A stretch of DNA of 64,000 nt from the human T2T-CHM13v2.0 reference genome, Homo sapiens (GCF_009914755.1 NC_060942.1); one strand, 5' to 3'; positions 30,565 to 50,680 are shown, counted from the first letter of the stretch. Notes: generated from the sequence alone by a model not told the origin. Numbers and translations: made by a program.

Positions 30565-30846
30565 TTTTTTTTTTTTTTTTTTTTTTTTTAAGATCAGAGA
30601 CGATCTTTATTTTTCTTTGTGCTCTATATATTTTTTTTTTTATTATACTTTAAGTTTTAGGGTACATGTGCACATTGTTCAGGTTAGTTACATATGTATA
30701 CATGTGCCATGCTGGTGCGCTGCACCCACTAACTCGTCATCTAGCATTAGGTATATCTCCCGATGCTATCCCTCCTGCCTCCCCGCACCCCACAACAGTC
30801 CCCAGAGTGTGATATTCCCCTTCCTGTGTCCATGTGATCTCATTGT

Positions 30847-34673
<3,827 letters not shown>

Positions 34674-34736
34674 TATGATGCTAGCTGGTGATTTTGCTCG
34701 TTAGTTGATGCAGTTTCTTCCTAGTCTCGATGGTCT

Positions 34737-35753
34737 TTACATTTTGGCATGATTTTGCAGTGGCTGGTACCGGTTGTTCCTTTCCATGTTTAGTGCTTCC
34801 TTCAGGAGCTCTTGTAAGGCAGGCCTGGTGGTGACAAAATCTCTCAGCATTTGCTTGTCTGTAAAGGATTTTATTTCTCCTTCACTTATGAAGCTTAGTT
34901 TGGCCGGATATGAAATTCTGGGTTGAAAATTCTTTTCTTTAAGAATGTTGAATATTGGCCCCCACTCTCTTCTGGCTTGTAGGGTTTCTGCCGAGAGATC
35001 CGCTGTTAGTCTGATGGGCTTCCCTTTGAGGGTAACCCGACCTTTCTCTCTGGCTGCCCTTAACATTTTTTCCTTCATTTCAACTTTGGTGAATCTGACA
35101 ATTATGTGTCTTGGAGTTGCTCTTCTCGAGGAGTATCTTTGTGGCGTTCTCTGTATTTCCTGAATCTGAACGTTGGCCTGCCTTGCTAGATTGGGGAAGT
35201 TCTCCTGGATAATATCCTGCAGAGTGTTTTCCAACTTGGTTCCATTCTCCCCATCACTTTCAGGTACACCAATCAGACGTAGATTTGGTCTTTTCACATA
35301 GTCCCATATTTCTTGAAGGCTTTGCTCATTTCTTTTTATTCTTTTTTCTCTAGACTTCCCTTCTCGCTTCATTTCATTCATTTCATCTTCCATCGTTGAT
35401 ACCCTTTCTTCCAGTTGATCGCATCGGCTCCTGAGGCTTCTGCATTCTTCACGTAGTTCTCGAGCCTTGGTTTTCAGCTCCATCAGCTCCTTTAAGCACT
35501 TCTCTATATTGGTTATTCTAGTTATACATTCTTCTAAATTTTTCTCAAAGTTTTCAACTTCTTTGCCTTTGGTTTGAATGTCCTCCCGTAGCTCAGAGTA
35601 ATTTGATCGTCTGAAGCCTTCTTCTCTCAGCTCGTCAAAGTCATTCTCCATCCAGCTTTGTTCCGTTGCTGGTGAGGAACTGCGTTCCTTTGGAGGAGGA
35701 GAGGTGCTCTGCTTTTTAGAGTTTCCAGTTTTTCTGTTCTGTTTTTTCCCCAT
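34737..35753 (-). CDS. L1 ORF1p, intact 338 aa
   Basis: Uninterrupted MGKKQNRKTG...QNHAKM with REKG, ARR and YPAKLS motifs. Confidence 0.95.
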   Translation of the reverse strand: MGKKQNRKTGNSKKQSTSPPPKERSSSPATEQSWMENDFDELREEGFRRSNYSELREDIQTKGKEVENFEKNLEECITRITNIEKCLKELMELKTKARELREECRSLRSRCDQLEERVSTMEDEMNEMKREGKSREKRIKRNEQSLQEIWDYVKRPNLRLIGVPESDGENGTKLENTLQDIIQENFPNLARQANVQIQEIQRTPQRYSSRRATPRHIIVRFTKVEMKEKMLRAAREKGRVTLKGKPIRLTADLSAETLQARREWGPIFNILKEKNFQPRISYPAKLSFISEGEIKSFTDKQMLRDFVTTRPALQELLKEALNMERNNRYQPLQNHAKM

Positions 35754-36660
35754 CTTTGTGGTTTTATCTACTTTTGGTCTTTGATGATGGTGATGTACAG
35801 ATGGGTTTTTGGTGTGGATGTCCTTTCTGTTTGTTAGTTTTCCTTCTAACAGAGAGGACCCTCAGCTGCAGGTCTGTTGGAGTACCCTGCCGTGTGAGGT
35901 GTCAGTGTGCCCCTGCTGGGGGGTGCCTCCCAGTTAGGCTGCTCGGGGGTCAGGGGTCAGGGACCCATTTGAGGAGGCAGTCTGCCTGTTCTCAGATCTC
36001 CAGCTGCATGCTGGGAGAACCACTGCTCTCTTCAAAGCTGTCAGACAGGGACATTTAAGTCTGCAGAGGTTACTGCTGTCTTTTTGTTTGTCTGTGCCCT
36101 GCCCCCAGAGGTGGAGCCTACAGAGGCAGGCAGGCCTCCTTGAGCTGTGGTGGGTTCCACCCAGTTCGAGCTTCCTGGCTGCTTTGTTTACCTAATCAAG
36201 CCTGGGCAATGGCGGGCGCCCCTCCCCCAGCCTCGCTGCCGCCTTGCAGTTTGATCTCAGACTGCTGTGCTAGCAATCAGCGAGACTCCGTGGGCGTAGG
36301 ACCCTCCGAGCCAGGTGCAGGATATAATCTCGTGGTGCACCGTTTTTTAAGCCTGTCGGAAAAGCGCAGTATTCGGGTGGGAGTGACCCGATTTTCCAGG
36401 TGCCGTCCGTCACCCCTTTCTTTGACTCAGAAAGGGAACTCCCTGACCCCTTGCGCTTCCCAAGTAAGGCAATGCCTCGCCCTGCTTCGGCTCGCGCATG
36501 GTGCGCGCACCCACTGACCTGCACCCACTGTCTGGCACTCCCTAGTGAGATTAACCCGGTACCTCAGATGGAAATGCAGAAATCACCAGTCTTCTGCGTC
36601 GCTCATGCTGGGAGCTGTAGACTGGAGCTGTTCCTATTCGGCCATCTTGGCTCCTCCCCT
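35754..36660 (-). promoter_or_regulatory. L1 5' UTR with sense and antisense promoter and YY1 site
   Basis: CpG-containing 5' UTR; YY1 motif CAAGATGGCCG near 36639-36649. Confidence 0.8.
36209..36517 (+). CDS. L1 antisense ORF0 (102-aa extended form)
   Basis: ATG at 36209: MAGAPPPASLPPCSLISDCCASNQRDSVGVGPSEPG... Confidence 0.7.
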   Translation: MAGAPPPASLPPCSLISDCCASNQRDSVGVGPSEPGAGYNLVVHRFLSLSEKRSIRVGVTRFSRCRPSPLSLTQKGNSLTPCASQVRQCLALLRLAHGARTH

Positions 36661-36675
36661 GATATTTAACTTTTT

Positions 36676-38110
36676 AAGAAACTGTTCAACTCTTCTTAAG
36701 TGGTTATATCATATTTGCATTCCCACCATCAGAGCATGAGACTTCTAGTTGCTTTACATCCTTAGGGTCAGTTTTGTAAATTCTAGTCATTCTAATAGGT
36801 GTGTTATGGAATGAATATCACTGTAGTTTGAATTTGCATTTCCCTAATCATTAGTGATGTTGAGTATCTATTTATTACTCATTTGTCATTTAGTTATATT
36901 CTTTGGTGAAGTGTCCAAATATTTAGCACAACATTTTGTTAGATTATGTGACTTTTTAAACATTGAATTGTAAGAGTTTTATGAGTATTCTTGATACAAG
37001 TCCTTTTTCAGATGTGCAATTTGGAAATATTTTGTTCCAGTCTGTGACTTATTTTTTCAATCACTTACCATTGAGTGAAAGAGCAAAAGTTCTAAATTTT
37101 GATAAAATCCCGTTTATCTTTTTATTTCTATTTTTTTTTTTTTTTGCTTAGAAATCATGCTTTTAGAAGTCTTATGTAAGAAATCTTTACCTTGGGGGCG
37201 GGGCGGGGACAGGGGCGATCCCCACCCACATCCTGGCTGATTTAAAAAAAAAATCTTTGCCTCACCCAAGGTCAAACATTTTTTTCAATTTCTAAAATAC
37301 TTTCAGATTTAACATTAAGGTCTATGATTCATTTTGAATTAATTTTTTTTTTTGCATATGGTAAAAGGTATGGAGTAAAGTTTATTTTTTTTTTAAATGG
37401 ATATCCAATTTTTCCTGTACCATTTGTGGAAAAGGCTATTCTTTCTCCACTAATTGCCTTTACACTTCGCTAAATACGAATTAATCATACATGTGTATGT
37501 CTACCTCTGAACTGTATTCTGTTCCATTGTGATTTATCTTCTTGCCAATACCATACTGTCTTGATTATTATAGCTTTATATTTACTCTTGAAATCAGATA
37601 GTATGCGTTCTCTTTGTTCTTTTTAAAAGTTGTTTTGGCTATTTTATGTCCTGTGCACTTTCATATACATTTTAGAATCATCTTGTCAAATTCTACAAAA
37701 ATATTTTGTAGATTGGATTGACTGTATAAATCAGTATTGAAGAGAACTGACATTTAACAACATTCAGTCTTCCAATCCATGAATTCATGAACATGACATG
37801 TCACTTCCTTTATCCAGGACTTCTTTAATTTCTCTTAGCATTTCTTTTTAGTTTTCAGTGTATAAGTCTTGTATAACTTTTGTGAGATTTATTCTTAAGC
37901 ATTTCATATATTTAGATACTATTACAAATGATTGATTTTCCAGAAGATATATAGCTTATTGAATTATATTTTTGGGAATAATATTTTAAAATTTAAATTT
38001 CTAATCATTTATTGTTAGTATATAGAAATAGAATGGTTTTTGTATATTGATCTTGCTTCCTGGAACTTTGCTATACTCATTTAGTTTAAGATTTTTAAAA
38101 TCTAAGATTA
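36676..38110 (-). mobile_element. Ancient L1M (host of the L1PA2; continues from ~30360-30564)
   Basis: Degenerate ORF2 3' sequence is collinear across the L1PA2 TSD. Confidence 0.75.
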
Positions 38111-38137
38111 CATTTATTGTCTTTTGTGTGTTTATAT

Positions 38138-38429
38138 CTTTTTTTTTTTTTTTTTTTTTTTTTTTGAGACAGAGCCTTGCTCTGTCACCCAGACTGGAGT
38201 GCAGTGGCAGGATCTCGGCTTACTGCAACCTCTGCTTCCTGGTTTCAGCCTCCCAAGTCGCTGGGAATACAGATGTGTCCAACCACACGTGGCTAATTTT
38301 TGTATTTTTAGTAGAGACGGGGCTTCGCCATGTTGCCCAGGCTGGTCTTGAACTCCTGACCTCAAGTGATCCACTCGCCTCAGCCTCCCAAAGTTCTGGG
38401 ATTACAGGTGTGAGCCAAGGCACCTGGCC
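38138..38429 (-). mobile_element. AluS/J with a small internal deletion
   Basis: Poly-T plus reverse Alu. Confidence 0.9.
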
Positions 38430-38970
38430 AGATCATTGATATTTAATGTAATTGTTAATATCGTTGGAGCAAAAATTACCATTTTGCTTTGGGACAGCAA
38501 GAGCAGCCACTGTGAGGAAAGGCATGGACCTGCACCCAGATCCTTCTTCTCTATCTCCTCTGTAGAACAAAGTCCTTAATCTGCTGAGGAAAGGGCAGCA
38601 CATTTGTGACCTTCAGGTCACAGATGAAGATCCAATGCATCTGGGGGAAGGAAAGAAAAAAGTACCCTCTACTCCTGGATGAGAGAAATATGTCCTGGGC
38701 CCAAACCATTAGAAACTTTCTATCATTGAGTGAGAGGCAAGTTCACCGAGAAGACCTTGTCCAGGAAATTCAGGGGCACAGTGTCTACCTAAGAATAAAT
38801 CTGAGCAGCAACAACAAGGAATGCACATGCCATCTGCCAACAACTGGGGAGAATAGGGCTCCTGACAGCCACAGCCACAGGAAAATTCAGATCCTTTTGC
38901 AGACGCCTCTCCACAGACCTCACTAGGTGATCACAGGAAAGACTGGGGGCACGGGGAGATGCTGGAGAAA

Positions 38971-39303
38971 GCTCCTGATGAAGACATACCCGAGACTGGG
39001 AAGAAAAATAGGTTTAATGGACTCACAGTTCCACGTGGCTGGGGAGGCCTCACCATCATGCGAAAGGCTAAAGGCACTTCTTACATGGCAGCGGGAAGAG
39101 AGAATGAGAAAGAAGCCAAAGCAGAAAGCCCTTATAAAATCATCAGATCTTGTGAGACGTATTCACTACCATGAGAGCAGTATGGGGGAAACCACCCCCA
39201 TGATTCAATTATCTCCCACCGGGTGCCTCCCACAACATGTAGGAATTATGGGAGAACAATTCAAGATGAGATTTGGGTGGGGACACAGAGCCAAACCATA
39301 TCA
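38971..39303 (-). mobile_element. THE1 (B/C) solo LTR, one end truncated
   Basis: aagacatacccgagactggg...gggacacagagccaaaccatatca. Confidence 0.88.
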
Positions 39304-41065
39304 GTCCCCTTTCTGATGGGGGTGTCTGTGTGCGATTCTCAGGAGTTCTGTACTCTCTTGCTATCCCACAGCAGGACTACAGTAATTTATTAAGAATTTT
39401 AGCTGAATTCTTCCTACTAGTTCGACCAGTTTCCAACCTCTTCAGACACACATGTGCTCACATTCTGTCTTTTATTTGAAGCTTTTGGATGTGTTGGTTG
39501 TCCCTGAGTTCCTTTCTTTGATGGGTTTTAAATAGTTGTGATTTTGCAAATTATCCAGCTTTTTTTTTTCCTTCAGTGGGAGCACACTCTTTCTAGTTTC
39601 TTACATTCTAAGCAGAAGCCAGAAGTTAGTAAATGTTGTTTGAATGTGTGTGTGTGTGTGAAATGATGTAAGGATGAGAGATGTCTTGAAATTGTACCTC
39701 ATAACATATTTTACTCCCTAAAGTTACAAATATATATGAAACAATTCTATAATGGGAGTCTAAATATTTTAAACATCTAAACATTAGAATTTCTATAAAA
39801 GCTCTTTTCAAACAGTTGTTCCTGATTTTACAAAATGCTATGGCAATAAATGAAGCAGGATTTATCATAGTGGTGGTATTTGGTGATGGTGTAATCTACC
39901 CACAAGCAAGTGGCTGGTTAAATCAACTCAGTTCATTAGAGACTGACAAAGTATTGCCTTCTTGCTGGTGATGGAGTGGCTTAACAACTCCATTAAAATA
40001 CTGCATTGCAACTGTGTGCACATGGTATATTCATTCTCCCTCTCTTGTCTTTATGCTCTTTTGATTTTAAGAGACATAAACTCTAGATACATTTTAATCT
40101 AGAATTGTTTCAGGTTCCAGATACTATGGATACGCAATATTGTACATTAAAATAAGAACCTACCTTGATATCCTTCTTAATTTACAATATTGTTACAAAG
40201 CTCAAAAGAAATGAATGTAATAGAAATGAAAGTACTTAGACTCCAAAATTCTATACAAATATAAAGGTTTAGGATAAGAACTGTCTAAACATAGTGGCTT
40301 TTTAGTTACAAAATTAACCATTCCTAGCAAAACAGCAAGAAAATGGACTGGAATCTTTTTCAGATTTCTAGTAAACTACAGGCACAGGAAGATTTCTCAG
40401 GTCTTCCAAAGATTGCTGCAAATAACACAGAGAAATTTTAGGAATTGTGTCTTTCCTCTGAAAAGATAGTTTCTTTGTTGAACTATCTATCTTTAAGTTA
40501 GACGTTAGCACAATGTTTTTTTTTTAATCATAGGTAGGCTTGAAGCCTAGTATATAAACATTTTATTTTACAGGAAGGAGTTAACCAAATGTAGGTAGGT
40601 CCAACAAGATGTGCCTTTATAAATAAACTAAAATGTCATTGTTGAGGTTACACGGTGAATATAGTTTGCTAGTCATAGGCAATTCCTGTCTTTCTTTGGT
40701 CCTTATGCTTTTCTGCTTTTAAGAGGCATAAGCTAATCTCAGACATAAACTTTATAAAATCAAAAATGATTGTTTGAAAAGAGCTCTTTTACAACAATTC
40801 CATGTCTCTTTCTCAGCCATCTACTTGATGTTAGTTGTATGGTACAAGAAGTATTAGAATACATTATAACTGACCTTAAGCTAGTCCACATTGCTGTGCT
40901 AGGCTTTATTTAATAAGAAACCTTAGCAAATCCATTAAATATTGTTTGGGACTATTTCTTAGTACTTTTAAGTGACCAAGACCATTGTATTAGCCAAACA
41001 TAAATATAAAATCTGCAGTGATCAATAGTATTCGTGAGGAATTTCATACAAAGTAGCATAATTTT

Positions 41066-41348
41066 CTTTTTTCTTTTTGACAAAATCTTGCTGGAGTGCA
41101 GTGGCGGCAAGATCTCGGCTCACTGCAACCTCTGCCTCCCAGGTTCAAGTGATTCTCATGCTTCAGCTTCCCTAGTAGCTGGGATTGCAGGCATGCGTCA
41201 CCATGCCTCGCTAATTTTTGTATTATCAGTAGAGATGGGGTCTTCCTGTGTTGCCCAGGCTGGTCTTGCACTCCTGGCCTCAAGTGATCCACCTGCCTTG
41301 GCCTCCCAAAGTGCTGGGATTACAGGTGTGAGCCACCGCGCCCAGCAC
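41066..41348 (-). mobile_element. AluJ/S
   Basis: TSD agtagcataatttt at 41052-41065 and 41349-41362. Confidence 0.9.
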
Positions 41349-42493
41349 AGTAGCATAATTTTAGAGAAGTTCATTCATAGCTGTCCCAGGAAGTAAGAAG
41401 GGAAGATTCAGGATAAACCATCATGTGACTTGCTCTCAACTGGATCTGGTAAAAATCGTCATTGAGCTCAGGATTGAAAGGAGAAATCATACAACATGAA
41501 GCCTGAGGAAGAATTGTAATATTTGTGAGATAAACTATTCCTCCATTCAGTATATACTGATTGAACACTCCTTTTATGGAAGTAGCGAATCGTAGGATCC
41601 TTTCCTCCTTTAACTAGCAACATTACCCCGGTTCCTTTGTCTCTCCTTCACTTGTGGTAATGGGCTAGTACACCACGATGCCCTTCCCCCCTCAACCATA
41701 TTAACGAAGCTGGTTACATGTAGCAGCCTGTTCCAAAAGTTTACTCCATCCCTCTAACCACAGAGTTTGATTTAGAGGTAAATAAAGGCCCTAAACTTGA
41801 CCAATGTGAACTCTTTCTAAGACTTAAACTATCACTTGGAGAAATACAGGGAGAGACACACTGAACTCTGACAACATTATTTAAGACTCTGGGTCCAGTG
41901 ATGCCTATAACTAGATGCACTTCTGAATTTCTAATTTCTTAGGCCAAACTTTTCCATTTATTCTTAATCTAGTTTCTAGTTTTCTAGTTGGGTTATTGTC
42001 ACTTGCAGCAAAAAGGTTACTAATAACTTATTATGAGTCAGGCATAGTTCTGGGTATGTACTGAAGAAATTATGGTGAAGAACATCCAGGCTTCATACTT
42101 GTGGGTGTAGTTGTAGACTTGGTGTGTATGTGTGCACACATGTGGGGGACCGATGTCCTAGGCATTGTGGTTTCTACAATCATGTTGGAGGAATGACCAA
42201 ATATCATAGTCTACTGCTGAAACTCTTCATGCTTCTGATTCCTCCCCAATTCACTTGAGCTGCTGAATCTGAATTGATGAGGTATGTTTGCACTAAATAC
42301 ACATGTTTTCATTGCTTGTTTGATCAAGAGAAGGTCTCACAGGTCTCTCAGGTTTGATCATAAGCTACTATTAGGGAGTTTTAGAAAAATACCTAAAAGT
42401 ATCAGTATTTAGAAAAATATTTGCATATGTGCAATAAACATCCTAACTTCTGTGACTAGGAATTGGAGATCAGGAAATATTGTGGGATGATGA

Positions 42494-42841
<348 letters not shown>

Positions 42842-44041
42842 TTGGAAAATTTTATTATAATGGAAACATAAATAGGATTTAAAAGAAAAGGATGATGAAA
42901 TTAGAAATATGAAAGAAAATAGGACAGATAGGAAAGTCATACCTAGAGGATTCAATCTAAATTGTAATCAGTACCCCAAAAGGAAAAATAGAACAGATGA
43001 GAGAATCAGAAGCAATAATTAGAGAAATAAGAGAAAAAACATTATCTTAAAAATGACATTAATCTAATAAAAAATGCTCATTCAGTGTTCAGCAAAATAA
43101 TAAACATGAAACAACACCTAGAGCCATGCTTCCTGAAGTGTGTCCCAGAGACCAATATTCTTATTTGATATTCATCTGAAAAATGATTTTGTGGCCTGGA
43201 AAGTTTGGAAAATTTTACGTAATATAATGGCTTCTGAAAGATTCACATTGTGCATTTGCTAGTTAAGTGAGATAATACTAAGACAAACAAATCTAACATA
43301 TTTTAACACAGAATTTACCTAACTTCTATGACCACTTTTTCGTGATAACACTAATAAAATGTGTCAGAATAGAGTTCCACAGAATTTATTTTGGTGAAAC
43401 AATGACTTAGACATTTCCTGATTACATCATTAAATTTTAATATATTGATATCTCTATTTCTATCTATTTCAGCTCTATATCTACATCCTCAACTACAACT
43501 ATTTCTACCTCTACATCTCTATCCCCATCTCTATGAATGCTTAAAATTAAAAAACTATAAATATTCATAAAATAAGAAATGAAATGACTATTTTCTAAAC
43601 CAGTGAATTAAAAAAAGACATTATGAGTGATTTAAAAAAATAATTTATTGCATTTTACTCAGACTTGACACTAAATGTATATTAATGTAATAATTACTAA
43701 TATAATAGTATATATTTCTATAATTGTTTATTTTTAAATTATATATTCTAGTATATATACATAATAGTATATATTTCTGTAATTATTGTTTATCTATAAT
43801 TGTTTCTATAATTATTTCTATAAAAGAAATAATAGTATATATTTCTATAAATTGAAGTCAACATATTTTAGCAATATAGATAGTCTTAAATTTTTTTATA
43901 TCCTTTAAGCCAGTGATTTTAATCCTGGAAATCTATTCTAATGACTTCATATGAAGAATGGACAAAGAATATACAAGAGAGTTCATTTAATCTTTAAAAA
44001 TGAAGATACAAGTCATACAAAATGTTTAAAAAATTGCCTAT

Positions 44042-44584
44042 TTGGAAACCATGTATCTGATAAGGGGTTAATATTCAGAATACATAAGGAATTCATATAA
44101 CTTGATAGCAAAAAATCCCAAATAACCCAATTAAAAAATGAGCAAATAACCTGAATAGACATTTTTCCAAAGAAGACTTGCACACAGCCAACAGGTGTAT
44201 GAAAAGTTGCTCAACATCACTAATCGTCAGTGAAATGCAAATTAAAACCACAACGAGATATCAACTCATACCTGTTACGATGGCTATATAAAAAAGACAA
44301 TAGAAAACAAACGTTGGAGAGGGAACATTGTTGTACATTGTTGGTGGGAAGGTAAATTGGTACAGCCTATAAGGTAAACAGTATAGAGGTTCCTCCAAAA
44401 ATTAAAAATAAAACCACTATATGATTTAGCAATCCCACTTCTGGGTATATATTGAAAGGAAATAAAGCAGTATTTTCAAGAGATATCTGCACTCCTATGA
44501 TCATTACAGCATTAATTCACAATAACCAAGATATAGAAACAACCTAAGTATCCATTGATGGATGAATCGATAAAGAAAATATTT

Positions 44585-44630
<46 letters not shown>

Positions 44631-45140
44631 CGTTCACACATATAATTCAGCTGTAAAAAGAAGGAAATCCTGTCATTTGCAACAACATGGAAGTATCTGG
44701 AGGACGTTATGCTGAATGAAATAAGCCGGGTACAGAAAAACAAAAACCACATGATCTCACTGATGTTTGGAATCTAAAAAGGCTGAACTCATAGAAGCAG
44801 AAAGTAGAATAATAGGTGCCAGGAGGTGAGGAAAATGGGAGATTTTGGTCAGTGGATATAAACATTACAAGGTGAATAAGTTCTGGAGATCTGATGTACA
44901 GTGTGGTGATTATAGTTAATAATACTGTATTATTTACTTGAAATTTGATAAGAGAGCAGATTATAAGTATCTTCACCTCTCTCTACCCTCACACAAATGG
45001 CAACTATCGGTGGTGATGAGTGTCTTACTTAACTGGCTATCGTAATCAGTATATTATGTATATGTATATCAAATAATCACATTGTACACCTTGAATATAT
45101 GACTTTTATTTGCCAATTAAATATTTTAAAATTAAAAAAT
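44042..45140 (+). mobile_element. L1MA-type 3' fragment containing (TG)n at 44593-44619
   Basis: L1 ORF2 end and L1MA 3' UTR motifs. Confidence 0.85.
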
Positions 45141-46419
45141 CCTTGTTTACATTTCACTATTATGTTGACTGAGTTTGTGGTGGAATTTTGAGAAAAGTAT
45201 CCTTGCATATGAAATTATTGGTTTTAAAGTCTTTTTCTTCTCTTTTTTTATGACAGCAATACATGTCTACTGAGAAAAATTATGAAGAAAAAGATAAAAG
45301 TAGAAAGATGTGTCAATGCAAATATAACAAAGGATGCTACAAGGATGATTAGGTATTGTGCATATGCCAGGAAATATTTTTCAAATGAGTGAGTCAATAA
45401 ATGAGAGAATAGGTTCTGGCTGACTCATGGTTTCAGTAAGCTCCTGATGGATTGAATTTATGGTATTTCAGTGCAAATTAACATTTAGCATTCCTTCCAA
45501 TAGTTATCCTTTTATAAGCAGTTTCCTTGAAAACATTGTGACTATAAACAGCCCTCCTCAAAAAGCATATAAATTGCTTATGAATGAGGAAATGAATATT
45601 TTATTTGCTATAGAATTTTATGTTCAATAGTTTTGTGATAGAGTGAAGTTAAAATGGATGGTATGGGAATATGTACTCCTTTGTTTTATCCCTACATTTT
45701 TAAGAACTGCTGTACAGCTGTTGAACAACTCTTAAAATGTCTCAAGACATTCATCATTCGGTGCACTGTGTAAATGAAACTTGGCACCAACAATAATCAA
45801 GAAACTTGAGTGTCAGCGATGGCTCCCAGTAGGAGATAGGACATGCTTCCTGGACCAGATGGAAGCCCAGGACACAGGGGAGCAGCAGCAGGTAGGGGTG
45901 GAAACCTGGAACAATCAAAGACACTGACAGTGGTTCCCAGGGAGAGAATTAACTATTGGAGATCAAGTTCAAATAAGGGCCTTGCAACTCACATCACACC
46001 CAAGCAGGCAGTAAGTGTCTAAGGAGAAATCTACTGGTATTACTTAAGAAGGGCAGAATGGAGACAGCAGGATGTCAATCAAAATAAGTCCCTTTTAGGA
46101 ATTCAGTCCAAAATTAGGAAGAACAGAAACAAGAATGACCCCTTGATGGAGTATACTGGTTGGAATGTGTTAATAATGAAAACGGGAGGATGTCTAATAC
46201 ATAAATCTTCCAGGTTTCCAGAGTTGTCTGTGGGTCGTTTAATAAGAAAAGAGTTCTGAGATTAAGATCTTAACACCAGGTGGTCAGTTTATGCAATATC
46301 AGTGTGGAAGGAAACCTGAAGACTTGCTAGAGCCACAGGATGAAGGAGTGGGAATTTTGGCATAAGAGCAGACAACATAGGCATGAAAGAAAAAGAGGTT
46401 GTCTTTACTTCTAACACCA

Positions 46420-46582
46420 TAACAAACCTGAATGACTTGGAAGGTTTATTAAAACAGGTTGTTTGCCTCCACTCCTAGTTTCTAATTCTGGAGTGGAGTA
46501 GGGCCAAAAAATTTGCATTTCTAACAAATTCCCAAGCGATGCTGATGCCGCCTGTCTGGGAACCACACTTTGGGAACTACTA
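46420..46582. mobile_element. MER5A-type MITE
   Basis: atttgcatttctaacaaattccca...accacactttgggaactact. Confidence 0.7.
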
Positions 46583-46749
46583 CACAGAGGATGCCATGTT
46601 GTGTAGGAGGCTGGGAGGAAAAAGCAAGGATACCAATCGTAAGGCGGATAGAGACAGGGTGAAATGCAAACACATTGGAGCTGCTCTGGAAGACACCGAA
46701 TTCTGATCAGTATCTCTTGTAAAAATGGTGTGTCATTCCAAATAATCTA

Positions 46750-47415
46750 GGTACTCTGCTTCAAGGAGGTGAAGGAATTACTCCTCACTCTTTAAGCGTG
46801 GCCTGTGTATACTGACTTCCTTTAAAAAAGTAGACTATGGAAAGAGGAGAAACATGGAGTAATTTATTGTGCAGAAACTTGACCAGTACTACTTCAACCA
46901 GGTGATTAAGGTCAACATCATCAGATATAAGTAATGATGATAGCATGTACCATGATAAGTTGATATGTTGTGATGAAAATGGCAGTTCATCCCTGTGGTT
47001 TTCCTTCCAAAAACACTTAACCATAATCTAATCATGAAAAAAAAATCAGACAAATCCCAATTGAGGGATGTTCTACAAAGTACTTGTCTAATACTCTTCA
47101 ACATGGTCAAAGTCATCAGAAACAAGGCAGGTCTGAGGAACTGCACAGCCAAGAGGAGCCTAAACAGACATCATGACTGAATGTAACGGCATCCTGGAAG
47201 AGAAAAAAGATGTAAGGGAAAACCCGAGGAAGTCTAAATGAATAATGGACCTCAGGTAATCATAATGTATCACTATTGGTTCATTAATTGTTAATAAATA
47301 TGCCATACTAATATAAAATGTTAATAACAGGGGTAACTGGGTGTGGAATATGTTGGAACTCTCTGTACTATCTTTGCAATGTTTCCGTTCTAAAGAATAA
47401 AGTTTGTTAAAAAAA
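46750..47415 (+). mobile_element. L1MC-type 3' UTR fragment
   Basis: cagacaaatcccaattgaggga...ggaactctctgtactatctttgcaa. Confidence 0.75.
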
Positions 47416-48179
47416 TCCAAAACTTGGAAATATGGCAATAAAAAGTGGTATGCCACATTACTTCTTGGCAAGGTACAGACCTTTACATGAAAGGTTCATG
47501 TCCAAAATAGATATTGGGTGCCTGAATTGTGAGAGTGCGAGGGAGGCAGTAAAATTCTCTTTTAAATATTTTTAGCACGTTGCCTTTTGTGTATGTTACT
47601 TATGATGGTCTTTGGAGAAATTTCTCTGATTGCTCTAGGAAGAATAGTTGTTTGTCTTCTGAGCCATTGATTTTTTGCTTTAACATTTATAGATAGTGTG
47701 AATCATGCCGCAGATGGTGTCTCCTTCATTGTGACACTGCTAGAAAATTTTGTGACCTACCCCTCGCAGATTAGCAGGGTCTTTCAGCATGCACACCATT
47801 CACCCAGAACAATCTTTGTTTCGTGGAACCCCCTTTTCTGGCATTTTCTTTACATTTACTTAAGCCACATTTATTCTGTGAGTAAGTGAAGAAGATGGTT
47901 TGCCTTTTTATCCCCCTATTTTACAAAAAGTTCATTCAATAAATACAACTGTTAAATATTTCTTTTTGGATTCATTTCTAAGTAAAACAAATATTATAAG
48001 ATCAATTTCTTCTATTTTTCCTATTTAAAGGCTAGCACTTCCCTTAATACTGCTGGTTCCTACATTCCTATCTTATTGTTGCCTTTTCACCTGTTCAAAA
48101 TTCTTAAGAGGGTTATTTCATTAACTAGAACTAATCTATTGGCTTCTTTTCACTCATTAAAATACTTATGAAATATTTT

Positions 48180-50680
<2,501 letters not shown>

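Noticed and set aside
43680-43850. Three imperfect copies of taatagtatatatttctataa
   Set aside because: Low-complexity AT-rich sequence with no further structure.
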